DNA of 63,930 bases, filler included, from Chiloscyllium plagiosum (lineage: Eukaryota): the NCBI RefSeq assembly GCF_004010195.1. It is 6 parts of one record of this genome, joined end to end, with 100 filler letters (N's around TTAATTAATTAA, not from the genome) between each part and the next. Parts side by side here need not be neighbours in the genome. Positions count along the whole stretch, not along the records: positions 61,400 to 63,930 come from NC_057717.1; 5 more parts are not named here. The stretch is one strand, 5' to 3'. Of this stretch, positions 62,106-63,930 are shown piece by piece (within the stretch, counting starts at the first letter, position 1; every line of letters starts with the position of its first letter). The notes beneath the pieces are model-generated. The model did no database searches, had not been told where the DNA came from, and saw only the letters and a program-made list of their open reading frames with translations. Made by a program: the position numbers and the translations under genes.

Positions 62106-63720
62106 CATATCACAGCTCTGGACAATGAAGGAAAGTGTGAAAAATACTGCTTTCACCACCCTGTCCAACTTCAATGTCACTTCCAGGGAACAACGTAACT
62201 GCACCCCTTGGTCTCTCTCTGTTTGACAACATTGTCCAGGGCCAAACCATTAACTCTGTTAGTCCTCCTTGGTTTGTCTCAACAAAACCCAACACCATAC
62301 GTCAACTGCATCTTTCATTCCTTGGCCCACTGACCCCGTTGTTCAAGAGCCCCTTTGATAACCATATTCACTGCACACGACGCTATTAATTTGATCATCT
62401 GCAAACTTACTAACAATGACTCCTATATTCTCAATCAAATCGTTTATGTCGATGATACATATCAGTGGATCCAGCCCCGATCACAGCTGGTCACAGGCCT
62501 CCAGTCTGAACAACAATCCCCTTCCACCACCCTCTGTCTCCACCTGTCAAGCCAATTTTGTATCCAGTTGGCCAACTCTCCCTGATCCCATGTGATCTAA
62601 CCTTCTGAACCAATATATCATGCTGAACCCTGTCAAAGGTCCTGCTGACTTTCGTGTAGACAATGTATGGTCACCACTTCAACAAAAGCAATCAAGTTAG
62701 TGAGACCTGACTTTGTACGCACAATGTTAGTGAGACCTGATTTTGTGCTGACTAGCTTTCATCAATCCTTGCCTTTACAAATGCATATAACTCCGGCCTG
62801 GCAGAATCACTTCCACAACCTACTCATCACTGACATCTGGTTAATTGGTCTTTAGTTCCCTAACATTCCATCATAATGTTTCTCAAAAAATGGACCAAAA
62901 CTATATTCTTGTCATAGTTGTACAACATGGAAACAGACCCTACAGTTGGTAGAAAAGATAATCTCAAACTAAACCCATCCCAGCTGCCTGTTGCCGGCCC
63001 ATATCCTTCCAAACATTTCCTATTCACGTACTTATCAAAATGTCTGAAAAACGTTGTTATTGTACCCACATCCACCCCTTCCAGCACCACCTCTTCTATA
63101 ACATGCATTCTTTTCAAGTCATAGAGATGTAGAGCATGGAAACAGACCCTTCGGTTCCACTCGTCCATGCTGACCAGAAGATCTAAATACATCCATCCCA
63201 TTTACCAGCATTTGACCCATGTACCACTAAACTATTACAATTCATATTCCCATCCAGATATCTTTTAAATGTTGTCATAGTATCTGTTACATTCTCTCTC
63301 AGTTCATTTTATACACGCATCACCTTATGCATGAAAAAATTGTTCCTTCGGTCCCTTTTAAATCTTTCACCTCTAAACCTAAACTCATGCCCTCTAGGTT
63401 TGGACTACCTAATCCCTGGGAAAAGGCCTTGAATGTTTACCCTATCCATATATGCATGAAAAAATTGTTCCTTCGGTCCCTTTTAAATCTTTCACCTCTA
63501 AACCTAAACTCATGCCCTCTAGGTTTGGACTACCTAATCCCTGGGAAAAGGCCTTGAATGTTTACCCTATCCATACCCCTCATGTTTATATAAACGTCTG
63601 TCAGGTCACCCCTCAGTCTCCGATGCTCCAGGGAAAATAACCCCAGCTTATTCAGCAACAGCCCTGGCAACATCTTGTCAATCGTTCTGAGCACTTTCCA
63701 GTTTCACAACGTCATTCCTA
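62106..63720 (-). mobile_element. Nested CR1 LINE 3' fragments
   Basis: RT/3' motifs and CR1 tails (..GGAAACAGACCCT..) at ~62925 and ~63140. Confidence 0.75.
63326..63575. repeat. Perfect tandem duplication, 2 x 125 bp
   Basis: 63326-63450 equals 63451-63575; twin ORFs at 63327 and 63452. Confidence 0.93.
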
Positions 63721-63930
63721 GAGCAGGGAGGCTGGAATTGCAGAGAACTCCAATTGTAGTCTAACGTATTACTCTTGTTCCCTGAGTTCCCCAGTCTTTG
63801 TCCACAGTATGTTCTGGGGTGAAAAAGTTGTTTAGGGTCTTAGCAAATATCCTAAAGTTCCATATATCAATTGCCTCATTGATCTTTCAGGGCCCTTATT
63901 TTGTCTCGAGTTACTCTTTTACTCAATATA

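Overview
Eukaryotic, repeat-dense vertebrate DNA, almost certainly from a shark or other cartilaginous fish (HE1/V-SINEs, CR1/L2 LINEs, Penelope elements; inferred from the repeat families). The window is six pieces joined by artificial 100-nt spacers (44N-TTAATTAATTAA-44N), so order and orientation between pieces are unreliable. Contents: (1) the last three coding exons and polyA signal of DNA ligase 1 (LIG1), followed 1.8 kb later by a degenerate (TTAGGG)n array running into a gap; (2) two defective class I, HERV-I/HERVIP-like proviruses lying head-to-tail 4 bp apart, with related gag/pol/LTRs and tRNA-Pro primer sites but unrelated env types; one is internally scrambled, the other has mismatched LTRs; (3) a second copy of this provirus pair that shares its inactivating lesions, so it is a segmental duplicate; (4) a ~6.3-6.9 kb block present twice in opposite orientation, carrying a conserved signal-peptide-like exon; (5) an unprocessed three-exon CEP350 pseudogene fragment; (6) many LINE/SINE/Penelope relics, some with hammerhead-ribozyme cores. 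I see no prokaryotic-type system (no CRISPR, no operon). Most ORFs in the supplied track are transposon fragments, antisense shadows or N-gap artefacts. Family assignments come from recalled motifs, not database searches.
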